Source: Phyllobacterium sp. (lineage in GTDB: Bacteria > Pseudomonadota > Alphaproteobacteria > Rhizobiales > Rhizobiaceae). Taken from it: 24,982 nucleotides of DNA. The notes under the pieces were generated by a model. That model did no database searches, had not been told where the DNA came from, and saw only the letters and a list, made by a program, of their open reading frames with translations. The stretch spans positions 1 to 24,982 of the forward strand of contig JANPBE010000570.1 of assembly GCA_031430295.1 (NCBI GenBank). The letters are read 5' to 3'. Positions 1-8,123 of this stretch are shown here, one piece after another. Both the position numbers and the translations under genes were made by a program. Positions within the stretch are counted from its first letter, which is position 1. Each line of letters begins with the position of its first letter.

Positions 1-930
1 CTGCGCCGCGCGCTCCACTTCGCCGCGCATGGCGTCCAGCTTAGCTTGCTCAGGCGAGCGGATGTCCACTGTGAAAATCACCTTGCCGGGAATGACGTTG
101 CGCGAGTTTGGAAACACCTTCACCTGCCCCACCGCGCCAACGGCACCCGGCTGATGGCTCATGGCGATTTGATGAACGCGCTCCGTAATTCGCGCCATGC
201 CGAGACCAGCATTCACCCGCATGTTCATCGGCGTCGAACCTGTATGCGCGTCTTTTCCCGTCAGCGTGATTTCCAGCCACCACAGGCCTTGGCCGTGCGT
301 GACAACGCCGATGTCTTTACCTTCGGCCTCTAGTATTGGCCCTTGCTCAATGTGCAATTCCAACATCGCGTGCATCTTGCGCGCCCCGACTTTTTCCGTG
401 CCCACCCAACCGATGCGCTCCAGTTCTTCGCCGAACACTTTGCCGTCTAAATTCGTCCGGCCCTTGGCATAGTCTTCCGTGTGAATTCCGGCAAAAACGC
501 CCGAGGCCATCATCGCAGGTGCAAATCTTGCGCCTTCCTCATTGGTCCAGTTGGTGACAACAATCGGATGCTTTGTCTTGATGCCCAAATCATTCATCGT
601 GCGCACAACTTCCAGCGCGCCGAGCACGCCGAGCACGCCATCATACTTGCCGCCCGTTGGCTGTGTATCCAAATGCGAGCCCATGTAAACCGGTAGCGCG
701 GCAACATCTTGGCCCGCCCTCGTGGCGAACATATTGCCCATTGTATCAACGCCCATGGTCATCCCGGCGGCCTCGCACCAGCGCTGGAAAAGATGGCGGC
801 CTTCACTATCGGCGTCGGTCAAAGTCTGGCGATTATTGCCGCCCGCAATGCCGGGGCCGATCTTTGCCATCTCCATCAAACTATCCCACAGGCGGGCGCT
901 ATTGATCTTCATGTTTCCAGTCAGTGCCAT
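1..930 (-). CDS. Zn-dependent hydrolase, M20 family (beta-ureidopropionase / N-carbamoyl-L-amino acid amidohydrolase); runs off the left edge
   Basis: Manual translation from ATG at 930 (GGGG RBS upstream): MALTGNMKINSARLWDSLMEMAKIG...GSHLDTQPTGGKYDGVLGVLGALE...NWTNEEGARF...; motifs HLD, GxxDG, EEG of M20 amidohydrolases. Absent from the ORF track because it has no stop inside the window. Divergent RutR-like gene supports a pyrimidine-catabolism role. Confidence 0.92.
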   Translation of the reverse strand, partial: MALTGNMKINSARLWDSLMEMAKIGPGIAGGNNRQTLTDADSEGRHLFQRWCEAAGMTMGVDTMGNMFATRAGQDVAALPVYMGSHLDTQPTGGKYDGVLGVLGALEVVRTMNDLGIKTKHPIVVTNWTNEEGARFAPAMMASGVFAGIHTEDYAKGRTNLDGKVFGEELERIGWVGTEKVGARKMHAMLELHIEQGPILEAEGKDIGVVTHGQGLWWLEITLTGKDAHTGSTPMNMRVNAGLGMARITERVHQIAMSHQPGAVGAVGQVKVFPNSRNVIPGKVIFTVDIRSPEQAKLDAMRGEVERAAQ

Positions 931-951
931 GAAAGTCCCCGTGCGAAAATG

Positions 952-967
952 TTGACTATTCGGTCAA
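952..967. promoter_or_regulatory. RutR-type operator TTGACTATTCGGTCAA
   Basis: 16-bp imperfect palindrome matching the RutR consensus TTGACCAnnTGGTCAA, between the hydrolase and the RutR-like gene. Confidence 0.75.
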
Positions 968-1085
968 ATATGAAGCTATGAGGCATTCATTAAAGGGTCA
1001 AGAGCGATTGCGTTCTATCCTTGCTTTGTTTGGCGCTTTCGTGAACATGGCCCGCGAACACTTTTAGTAGAGGGGTCGACCTAGA

Positions 1086-1727
1086 GTGGTGGTGAAAGCA
1101 AAATCCAAAGCCGGCGAAAAGTCCACGCGCATTCAGGAAGCCAATCGCGGCATTATCTTGGATGCGGCGCTGGAAATATTTTCCACCTATGGCTTTCGCG
1201 GTACCACAATTGACCAAATTGCCGCCAAGGCGGATATGTCCAAGCCCAATTTGCTTTATTATTTTAAGCGCAAGGATGATATTTACGCCGCCGTTTTGGA
1301 AATGACGCTGGTGGAATGGCTCGAACCAATGAAGGCGATCAATGCGGATGGCGACCCGATTGAAGAGCTGCGCCGCTACATCACGCTGAAATTGGAAATG
1401 TCGGCCAAAAAGCCCGCCGCCTCGCGGTTTTTTGCCAATGAAATATTGCACGGCGCGCCGCATATTCATGAATTTTTGAAAACCGGATTGAAAAATCTGG
1501 TGGATGAAAAGGCGCAAGTTATCAAAAACTGGGTGAGCGCAGGCCGCTTGGCACCAATCGACCCGCACCATCTGTTTTTCATGATCTGGGCCACCACGCA
1601 GCACTATGCCGATTTCGACGTCCAAGTCCGCGCCATTTTGGGCCCGCAAGTGGATAAGCCCGGCTTTTACGAACAAGCCGCGCAAGCCGTGCTGTCGATT
1701 TTGCTGAATGGCGTGAAGGTTCGGTAG
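1086..1727 (+). CDS. rutR: TetR-family transcriptional regulator, RutR/PydR-like
   Basis: N-terminal HTH ILDAALEIFSTYGFRGTTIDQIAAKADMSKPNLLYYF; C-terminal IWATTQHYADFDVQV typical of RutR. Start is one of three consecutive GTGs (1086/1089/1092). Confidence 0.88.
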   Translation: MVVKAKSKAGEKSTRIQEANRGIILDAALEIFSTYGFRGTTIDQIAAKADMSKPNLLYYFKRKDDIYAAVLEMTLVEWLEPMKAINADGDPIEELRRYITLKLEMSAKKPAASRFFANEILHGAPHIHEFLKTGLKNLVDEKAQVIKNWVSAGRLAPIDPHHLFFMIWATTQHYADFDVQVRAILGPQVDKPGFYEQAAQAVLSILLNGVKVR

Positions 1728-1745
1728 GCCAAGCGAAAGCCCGCC

Positions 1746-1761
1746 GATCCCCATGGGGATC
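1746..1761. terminator. Perfect palindrome GATCCCCATGGGGATC between convergent genes; possible terminator hairpin
   Basis: Self-complementary 16-mer seen directly; lies between the stops at 1727 and 1794; no strong U-tract. Confidence 0.4.
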
Positions 1762-1793
1762 AGCGTCACAAACTCTCAAATTTTGAAAATCCT

Positions 1794-2453
1794 TCACGAG
1801 CTATCGTGCCGCTCGCCAGCGTAAATCGCCAGCAAATGGCATTCTAGCAAAACCTCGTCCACTTCATGAGTCTTGCGCTTTTCCGATGCTGGCGCGGGGC
1901 CGGGGCGCATGGGGGAATAGCGGTGGGCCAAATTTTGCGCATATGCCAAATCGCGCTGTTCGTACCAGCGGGCGAGACGTATGGCGTGGCGCGGCAAATT
2001 TTCCAAAGCATGTTTCAGCGCCAGAATGCGCAAGCCCAGCGAGGCGGCGGGTACAGGCGTTTTGTCCGGTGTGTCTGACTCCTCACCTGCATAAAACCCA
2101 TCCATATCCGGCGCTTCACGCCCGAATAACTTCAGCGGATCAATCAAACTAAACGACGGTAACGCTGGCTCGCCGCGCGGGTTTGGGCGCGAAAACACCA
2201 GAAATTCCGCCAGCCCGTCCCGCCGCGCCACGCGCAGTTTGAACCCGCGCAAAGCCATCTCATGAGCCACAATCATAATGAGCCGCCGCACGGCAGATTC
2301 CGCAGGGCGAAGAATACGAAGTGCGCGGCGGTACAAAAACAAAGGCAAAGTCACTAGCCGCCCGCCGCTGACCAGCCCAAGCGAAACCATCAGCGCCACG
2401 ATAATCGTCGTGAGCGCAGTGCGGTTTCGGTCTATGACGAGCGGCCAGTCCAT
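1794..2453 (-). CDS. Hypothetical protein (219 aa), no family recognised with certainty
   Basis: Long ORF with ATG preceded by AAGG; protein-like composition with helical segments (LRILRPAESAVRRLI, LALKHALENLPRHAIRLARW, HEVDEVLLECHLLA). Confidence 0.7.
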   Translation of the reverse strand: MDWPLVIDRNRTALTTIIVALMVSLGLVSGGRLVTLPLFLYRRALRILRPAESAVRRLIMIVAHEMALRGFKLRVARRDGLAEFLVFSRPNPRGEPALPSFSLIDPLKLFGREAPDMDGFYAGEESDTPDKTPVPAASLGLRILALKHALENLPRHAIRLARWYEQRDLAYAQNLAHRYSPMRPGPAPASEKRKTHEVDEVLLECHLLAIYAGERHDSS

Positions 2454-2528
2454 GTTTTGCCTTCCGTTTCAATTCACGGGCGGGAGTATATGGCAAGATT
2501 TTGGGGTGTGGATAAAATACCCAAAAAG

Positions 2529-2570
2529 TCCATCATTCCGCGTGCCGCCGCACGGTCGCGGAATGATGGA
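2529..2570. repeat. REP-like inverted repeat TCCATCATTCCGCG-N14-CGCGGAATGATGGA
   Basis: 14-bp perfect stem (2529-2542 / 2557-2570) with an ATTCC...GGAAT core. Confidence 0.65.
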
Positions 2571-2650
2571 GCGCGGGGATAAGTCGGCGGTTTTTCGCCT
2601 GCCAAGGGCGAGATAGACCATGCAGCGTCGCACGCCGGTTGTTGGTGGTG

Positions 2651-2687
2651 TAGCGCCGGAAGCGGAACTGAAGCGACTGCGGCGCTA
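2651..2687. repeat. Inverted repeat TAGCGCCG-N21-CGGCGCTA
   Basis: 8-bp perfect stem; loop contains a near-tandem GAAGCG(GA)ACTG / GAAGCGACTG. Confidence 0.45.
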
Positions 2688-2973
2688 GATGCCAAAATTG
2701 GGGCCAGATGAGGAGTTGCTCACATGTGGTATTGTCCCGATAGAACCCTCGACTTCCTTTGTCAGCAAGACAAATCGAGTCAAGGACACCGAGTGTACAG
2801 TCTCGCGCATGTACGCTATTTTATTGGCAAGCCAGAACGGCGATCATGCGTGGTAAAATTGGATGTCCCCGCATTACTGAGCGGCCACCCCAGCAAACAG
2901 TCAAACCATCTTGCAATCATAAGCGAAGCTGCCCATGTTCGCGTCTCAACTATCGCATTTCGGAAACCATCAC

Positions 2974-3912
2974 ATGCCCTTAAAAATCGCCGTTCAAATG
3001 GATCATATCCGCACCGTCAATATCAATGGCGACACCAGCTTTGCGCTCTCTCTGGAAGCACAGCGGCGGGGCCACAAGCTGTTTCATTATACGCCGGACC
3101 GGCTGGCGATGAGCGGCAATGATGTCACCGCGCGTATTGAAGAAATGGTGCTGCGCCACGAGGCGGGCAACCACTTTGATTTGGGAGCACCAGTGCGCAC
3201 CAACATGGCGGAAATGGATGTGGTGCTGCTGCGCCAAGACCCGCCGTTTGACATGAATTACATCACAACAACACTGATGCTGGACCGTATCCATCCCAAA
3301 ACATTGGTGGTCAATGATCCCGCTTCTGTGCGTAATTGTCCTGAAAAAATATTCGTGATGGAGTTTCCCGATCTGATGCCGGAAACCATTGTGACGAAAG
3401 ACCCTGAGGAAATTGCTGCGTTTCGAAAAGAACATGGCGATATCATTTTAAAGCCGCTTTATGGCAACGGCGGCGCTGGCGTTTTTCATTTGCGTGAGGG
3501 TGATAAGAACCTGTCATCGCTTCTCGAAATGTTTGGCAATCTTTCCCGCGAACAGATCATCGCACAGCGCTATTTGCCTGCCGTGCGGGCGGGCGATAAG
3601 CGCATTATTCTCATCGATGGCGAGCCAGTCGGCGCGATCAACCGTGTACCGGCAGAGCATGACACGCGCTCCAACATGCACGTTGGCGGGCGCGCGGAGA
3701 AATCTGATCTCACAAAATCCGACATGGCGATTTGCGAGCGTATCGGGCCGGAATTGAAGAAGCGCGGGTTTATCCTCACCGGTATCGACGTAATTGGCGA
3801 TAAGCTGACGGAAATTAACGTCACCTCGCCAACGGGTGTGCAGGAAGTGAAGCGCTTTGGCGGCGCGGATATTGCGGCACTGTTTTGGGATTGTGTTGAG
3901 GCCAAGCGCTAG
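2974..3912 (+). CDS. gshB: Glutathione synthetase
   Basis: [10 protein letters not shown]..., [47 protein letters not shown] are hallmark GshB motifs; start set at ATG 2974. Confidence 0.97.
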   Translation: MPLKIAVQMDHIRTVNINGDTSFALSLEAQRRGHKLFHYTPDRLAMSGNDVTARIEEMVLRHEAGNHFDLGAPVRTNMAEMDVVLLRQDPPFDMNYITTTLMLDRIHPKTLVVNDPASVRNCPEKIFVMEFPDLMPETIVTKDPEEIAAFRKEHGDIILKPLYGNGGAGVFHLREGDKNLSSLLEMFGNLSREQIIAQRYLPAVRAGDKRIILIDGEPVGAINRVPAEHDTRSNMHVGGRAEKSDLTKSDMAICERIGPELKKRGFILTGIDVIGDKLTEINVTSPTGVQEVKRFGGADIAALFWDCVEAKR

Positions 3913-3975
3913 GAAGAACGTTTGTTCTCAATATTCTACCGTCTACAACCTAGCTAAAATTCAAAGCTGAATATT

Positions 3976-3990
3976 GTTCTCTAAATGTTC
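3976..3990 (+). promoter_or_regulatory. Alphaproteobacterial LexA (SOS) box GTTC-TCTAAAT-GTTC upstream of comM
   Basis: Exact GTTC-N7-GTTC match about 95 nt upstream of the comM ATG. Confidence 0.75.
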
Positions 3991-4084
3991 TTGCAATAGC
4001 ACGCAAACTATGGTTTTCTCTCCTGATACGAGTGGGGTTTTGCAACTGCAACTGAAATGGTTGTGTTTGCCGGGGGTAAACATT

Positions 4085-5617
4085 ATGGTGGCGCGCGTCA
4101 GTACGGTTGCATTTCAAGGCATTGAAGCCATCGCGGTCGATGTGCAGGTAATGATTGCGCCGGGCAAGGCAAACATTCATATCGTCGGGCTTGGCGATAA
4201 GGCTGTCGCGGAAAGTCGCGAACGGGTCTATGCCGCGCTCCATGCTTCGGGTCTCTCGCTGCCCGCCAAAAAGGTTACGGTGAATCTTGCGCCGGCGGAT
4301 TTGCCAAAAGAAGGCAGCCATTATGATTTGGCGATTGCTCTTGGGCTGATGGCTGCCCTCGGCGCGATACCGGGTGACGCGCTTGCGGATTATGTGGTGA
4401 TTGGCGAATTATCGCTGGATGGCACGATTGCCTCTGTCGCCGGGTGCTTGCCGGCTGCAATTGGTGCCAATATTTTAGGAAAAGGTCTGATTTGCCCTCA
4501 TGCCTGCGGGCCGGAAGCGGCGTGGGCGGGCGAGAACATCGACATTCTCGCGCCGCGCAGCCTCATTGCTATGGCCAATCATTTTCGTGGCACCCAAATA
4601 CTGGTGCGTCCGGAACCCGCGCTGCAAACAGCTGCCACCTTCATGCCTGATCTTTGCGAGCTGAAGGGACAAGAAACAGCGCGGCGGGCTTTGGAAGTTG
4701 CTGCTGCTGGCGGGCATAATCTCATTATGATTGGACCACCCGGCTCCGGCAAATCCATGCTGGCGGCACGACTACCGTCAATCTTGCCGCCCTTGAGCCC
4801 GCGAGAGCTGCTCGAGGTCTCAATGATTTCGTCCATCGGCGGCGAACTGGCCGATGGCAAATTGACCGACAGGCGTCCGTTCCGCGCGCCTCACCATTCG
4901 GCGTCCATGGCGGCGATGGTGGGCGGCGGCATTCGTGCGCGGCCGGGCGAAGTGTCGTTGGCGCATAATGGCGTTTTGTTTTTGGATGAGTTTCCTGAGT
5001 TTAACCCGCAAGTGCTGGATTCGCTACGCCAGCCAATGGAAACCGGAGATGTGCTGATTGCGCGTGTCAATCATCGCATCACCTATCCGGCACGGTTTCA
5101 GCTTATTGCGGCGATGAACCCTTGTCGTTGTGGCATGGCGGGAGAACCGGGTCACCAATGTGCACGAGGCCCGCGTTGCCAGTCGGACTATCAGGCGCGC
5201 ATTTCCGGTCCGATGATGGATCGCATAGATTTGCGCGTTGATGTTCCAGCGGTAACGCCCGCAGACCTTATCCGCCCGCAAAAGCCGGAAACCAGCGCTG
5301 TGGTTGCTGCACGAGTGGCGGCCGCAAGGACAAGGCAGCGCTTGCGGTTTGAAGCTGTCGGCCTTCACATGCTTTCCACTAACGCGCAATGTTCACCCTC
5401 CATGATCGAGGATATTGCGATGCCTGATAGTGCGGGATTAAAATTGCTCACCGATGCCAGCGAGCACATGAAGTTGTCGGCACGGGCCTATCACCGCATC
5501 TTGAAGGTCGCGCGCACACTGGCGGATTTAGATAACGAGGACAAAGTCGGGCGCATTCATCTTGCCGAAGCGATTTCATACCGTGTGCCATCGGACCGGC
5601 TGCAACGCGCAGCATGA
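4085..5617 (+). CDS. comM: YifB/ComM family Mg-chelatase-like AAA+ ATPase
   Basis: VGLGDKAVAESRERV, VNLAPADLPKEGSHYDL, Walker A GPPGSGKS, PFRAPHHSAS, LFLDEFPEF, CxC motifs; start at ATG 4085. Confidence 0.95.
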   Translation: MVARVSTVAFQGIEAIAVDVQVMIAPGKANIHIVGLGDKAVAESRERVYAALHASGLSLPAKKVTVNLAPADLPKEGSHYDLAIALGLMAALGAIPGDALADYVVIGELSLDGTIASVAGCLPAAIGANILGKGLICPHACGPEAAWAGENIDILAPRSLIAMANHFRGTQILVRPEPALQTAATFMPDLCELKGQETARRALEVAAAGGHNLIMIGPPGSGKSMLAARLPSILPPLSPRELLEVSMISSIGGELADGKLTDRRPFRAPHHSASMAAMVGGGIRARPGEVSLAHNGVLFLDEFPEFNPQVLDSLRQPMETGDVLIARVNHRITYPARFQLIAAMNPCRCGMAGEPGHQCARGPRCQSDYQARISGPMMDRIDLRVDVPAVTPADLIRPQKPETSAVVAARVAAARTRQRLRFEAVGLHMLSTNAQCSPSMIEDIAMPDSAGLKLLTDASEHMKLSARAYHRILKVARTLADLDNEDKVGRIHLAEAISYRVPSDRLQRAA

Positions 5618-5635
5618 ACCCAAAAGGAGACAGGT

Positions 5636-6250
5636 TTATTTCTTAATGGCACCGACGAGAATTTCGCGTGGACGGTCAATATCCACCCAGCGACCGGTAT
5701 GCTCAGATGATTGGCGCTTAAGGTAGCGATAGTCAGTGTCTTCCCATGCCAGCACATCATCGGTTAAATTATCGAGAATGTAATCACCATGTTGTGTGCG
5801 GACGGTTAAAACAGCATGGCCTTCCCCATCGCGTTTGCGCACGACGGTGATGAGTAGGTTTGCCGGTGAAATGCCCTTATTCATCAAAATTTTGCGCTTG
5901 AGCAAAACATAGTCTTCGCAGTCACCGGCAGTTTTTGGATAGGCCCAAACCTCGTCCTTGCCGTAGACTTCCAGGTCCGTTTCCGGCCGGATAGCTGCAT
6001 TCACTTGGGCATCCACGGTGACAATCAAATTCATTGTCTTGGCCCCGCCAATCAAGGGCTGCACGCCAATCGACTGAATACGGCACTCATCAACATAGGT
6101 TTTGCAAAACTCAAAATGTCCGATTGGCTGCGATGTGAGCTTGCTGGTTTGCATGGATGATGCGGCAAAAGAAGCACCGTTGGACAAGCCCAAAACCAGA
6201 CCAACTGGTAGTGCCAACTTGCAAATGACGCTTTTGGAACCGCTACGCAT
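5636..6250 (-). CDS. Transglutaminase-like cysteine peptidase (BTLCP, peptidase C93), secreted
   Basis: Signal-peptide-like N-terminus; GDCEDYVLLKR catalytic Cys, GEGHAVL His, ILDNL Asp. Confidence 0.92.
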   Translation of the reverse strand: MRSGSKSVICKLALPVGLVLGLSNGASFAASSMQTSKLTSQPIGHFEFCKTYVDECRIQSIGVQPLIGGAKTMNLIVTVDAQVNAAIRPETDLEVYGKDEVWAYPKTAGDCEDYVLLKRKILMNKGISPANLLITVVRKRDGEGHAVLTVRTQHGDYILDNLTDDVLAWEDTDYRYLKRQSSEHTGRWVDIDRPREILVGAIKK

Positions 6251-6275
6251 TACTCACCCTCGTCGACAAACTATC

Positions 6276-6291
6276 GTTAACAAAACGTTAA
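6276..6291 (-). promoter_or_regulatory. CtrA box TTAA-CGTTTTG-TTAAC
   Basis: Exact TTAA-N7-TTAAC on the minus strand, 26 nt upstream of the BTLCP ATG. Confidence 0.7.
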
Positions 6292-6333
6292 TATCCGGAG
6301 GGGTGTTGAGTCAATTGCGCCTGAACATACTTG

Positions 6334-6349
6334 TTAAAAGATGATTAAC
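6334..6349 (+). promoter_or_regulatory. CtrA box TTAA-AAGATGA-TTAAC
   Basis: Second exact TTAA-N7-TTAAC in the same promoter region. Confidence 0.65.
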
Positions 6350-6424
6350 GCCGTGACTTCAGCAATGACTTAGCGCCGCGCACGAGGCACGGAAAATGGA
6401 GCGAAAACGGGACCTAGAGATTAT

Positions 6425-7693
6425 TTACGCAACAATCCGCAGCGATTTCCTCGCTGAAGTCTGCGCCGAGCGATTGTCATTGATAAATTTGACAATCATT
6501 GGCGCGATATCACCACGGAACCGTGAGCCATTGAAAACGCCATAATGTCCGACTTTCGGCTGTACATGGTGCTTACGCTTGGAATCCGGCAAACTGCTGC
6601 ACAGCTTGTGCGCCGCTTCAGTTTGGCCAACACCAGAAATATCATCGTTTTCGCCTTCGACAGTAAGTAAGGCGGTATTGCGTATAGCCGATGGGTCCAC
6701 CAACTGGTCGCGATGCATCATCTCGCCCTTGGGCAGGCTGTGCTTGATGAACACCGTATCGACAGTTTGCAAGTAAAACTCCGCCGTCAAATCCATGACA
6801 GCCAGATACTCATCATAAAATTCGCGATGCTTTTCGGCGCTATCGCCATCACCCTCAACTAAATGCCCAAAGAAATCCTTAGTAGCATCAATGTGCCGGT
6901 CCATATTCATGCTCATAAAGCCCGATAGCTGCAAGAATCCAGGATAGACCGAGCGCATGAAGCCTGCATGTGGAAAAGGCACAGGCATAATGACTTTTTC
7001 GGCAAACCATTTGATGTCCTTGCCGACTGCCATTGTGTTAACCGCAGTCGGCTTCACACGGGTATCAATGGGTCCGCCCATCAAGGTCATAGACGCGGGA
7101 GCTGATGTGTCGCCGCGCGCCTCCATGACGGACACAGCTGCCAATACCGGAACGGAGGGTTGGCAAACCGCGATCACATGGGTGTCTGGTCCCAAAAAAT
7201 GGAACATATCAATCAAATAGTCGATATAGTCATCGAGATCAAAGCGACCATCAGTTAACGGAACAGTGCGGGCGTCAATCCAATCGGTTATGTAAACATC
7301 ACCATGAGGCAGCATGGCTTCGACCGTGCCGCGCAATAACGTTGCGTAATGGCCGGACATTGGAGCCACCAGCAAAATTTTTGGCTCATCTTTTTTGGAT
7401 TTTGGCACTGCCCGCTCAAAATGCAGGAGATTGCAGAAAGCGCGTGACCATACAATTTTCTCAGTTATAGCGACTTCGTTGCCTTCAACATTTGTGGTTG
7501 GCAATTCGAAACTCGGCTTGCCATAGCGGCGCGTCATACGCTCAAAAACTTCCGCCGCACCGGCAATGCTGCGGGCCATCGGGCTTTTGGACAACGGGTT
7601 AAGTGGATTGCGATAAAACATTTTAGTCGCTTCAGCGAAGGCGCGCATGGGCTGAAGGGCTGCGTGGTTCATCTCATAAAACTGGTAAAACAT
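6425..7693 (-). CDS. phaZ: Intracellular polyhydroxyalkanoate depolymerase
   Basis: LLVAPMSGHYATLLRGTV, YITDWIDAR, AVCQPSVP (catalytic Cys box), EYLAVMDL, VEGENDDISG, GHYGVFNG. Confidence 0.95.
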   Translation of the reverse strand: MFYQFYEMNHAALQPMRAFAEATKMFYRNPLNPLSKSPMARSIAGAAEVFERMTRRYGKPSFELPTTNVEGNEVAITEKIVWSRAFCNLLHFERAVPKSKKDEPKILLVAPMSGHYATLLRGTVEAMLPHGDVYITDWIDARTVPLTDGRFDLDDYIDYLIDMFHFLGPDTHVIAVCQPSVPVLAAVSVMEARGDTSAPASMTLMGGPIDTRVKPTAVNTMAVGKDIKWFAEKVIMPVPFPHAGFMRSVYPGFLQLSGFMSMNMDRHIDATKDFFGHLVEGDGDSAEKHREFYDEYLAVMDLTAEFYLQTVDTVFIKHSLPKGEMMHRDQLVDPSAIRNTALLTVEGENDDISGVGQTEAAHKLCSSLPDSKRKHHVQPKVGHYGVFNGSRFRGDIAPMIVKFINDNRSAQTSARKSLRIVA

Positions 7694-7756
7694 TGTCTTT
7701 TTAGGCTCCGATGACCACCAGCAAATATGCTGCGGACGCGAAGGCTAGCATGATTC

Positions 7757-7771
7757 TGTTGCAATGCAACA
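7757..7771. promoter_or_regulatory. Palindrome TGTTGCAATGCAACA, PhaR-like TGC-N3-GCA site upstream of phaZ
   Basis: 7-bp perfect arms around one base; TGC-rich motif resembles PhaR sites; 64 nt upstream of the phaZ ATG. Confidence 0.5.
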
Positions 7772-7824
7772 TCAAGCACCTTGCCCATTAGGACAATGCC
7801 GCGCGTTAACCGGCTAAGTGAAGC

Positions 7825-8112
7825 CTAAACGCCTTCAACGATGACCATCTCGGCATCAGCGACTTCTTGGCGGATGGCAGCAGCGATTTGATATTCCGGG
7901 CTATTGTAACAATCTAGCGCTATCTGCAGGCTGGGGAACTCGATAACGACGTTGCGAGCCCGTACTTGGCCCTCTAGTTTGTGAAAATTGCCGCCACGGG
8001 CAAGAAACTTTGCGCCATATTTTTCGAACGCCGGTTTGGCAGCGCTCACATAGTCTTTGTAGCGCTCAGCGTCCCTTATATCCACGCGGGCAATCCAATA
8101 GCCTTTTGCCAT
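7825..8112 (-). CDS. DUF1330 family protein
   Basis: MAKGYWIARVDI..., GAKFLARGG, VVIEFPS...CYNSPEYQ; 95 aa typical size. Confidence 0.9.
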   Translation of the reverse strand: MAKGYWIARVDIRDAERYKDYVSAAKPAFEKYGAKFLARGGNFHKLEGQVRARNVVIEFPSLQIALDCYNSPEYQIAAAIRQEVADAEMVIVEGV

Positions 8113-8123
8113 AGTTTTCGTCC

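Noticed and set aside
46-981. Several short plus-strand ORFs in the track
   Set aside because: They are antisense shadows of the minus-strand hydrolase (1-930), which the track missed because it is truncated.
990-1769. 259-aa minus-strand ORF
   Set aside because: Antisense to the well-supported rutR; no recognisable motifs.
2724-2983. Possible yraN relic or small gene upstream of gshB (ORFs 2724-3122, 2759-2983)
   Set aside because: Only vague resemblance (TIAFRKPSH); no PD-(D/E)xK motif or RBS, and both overlap the gshB start.
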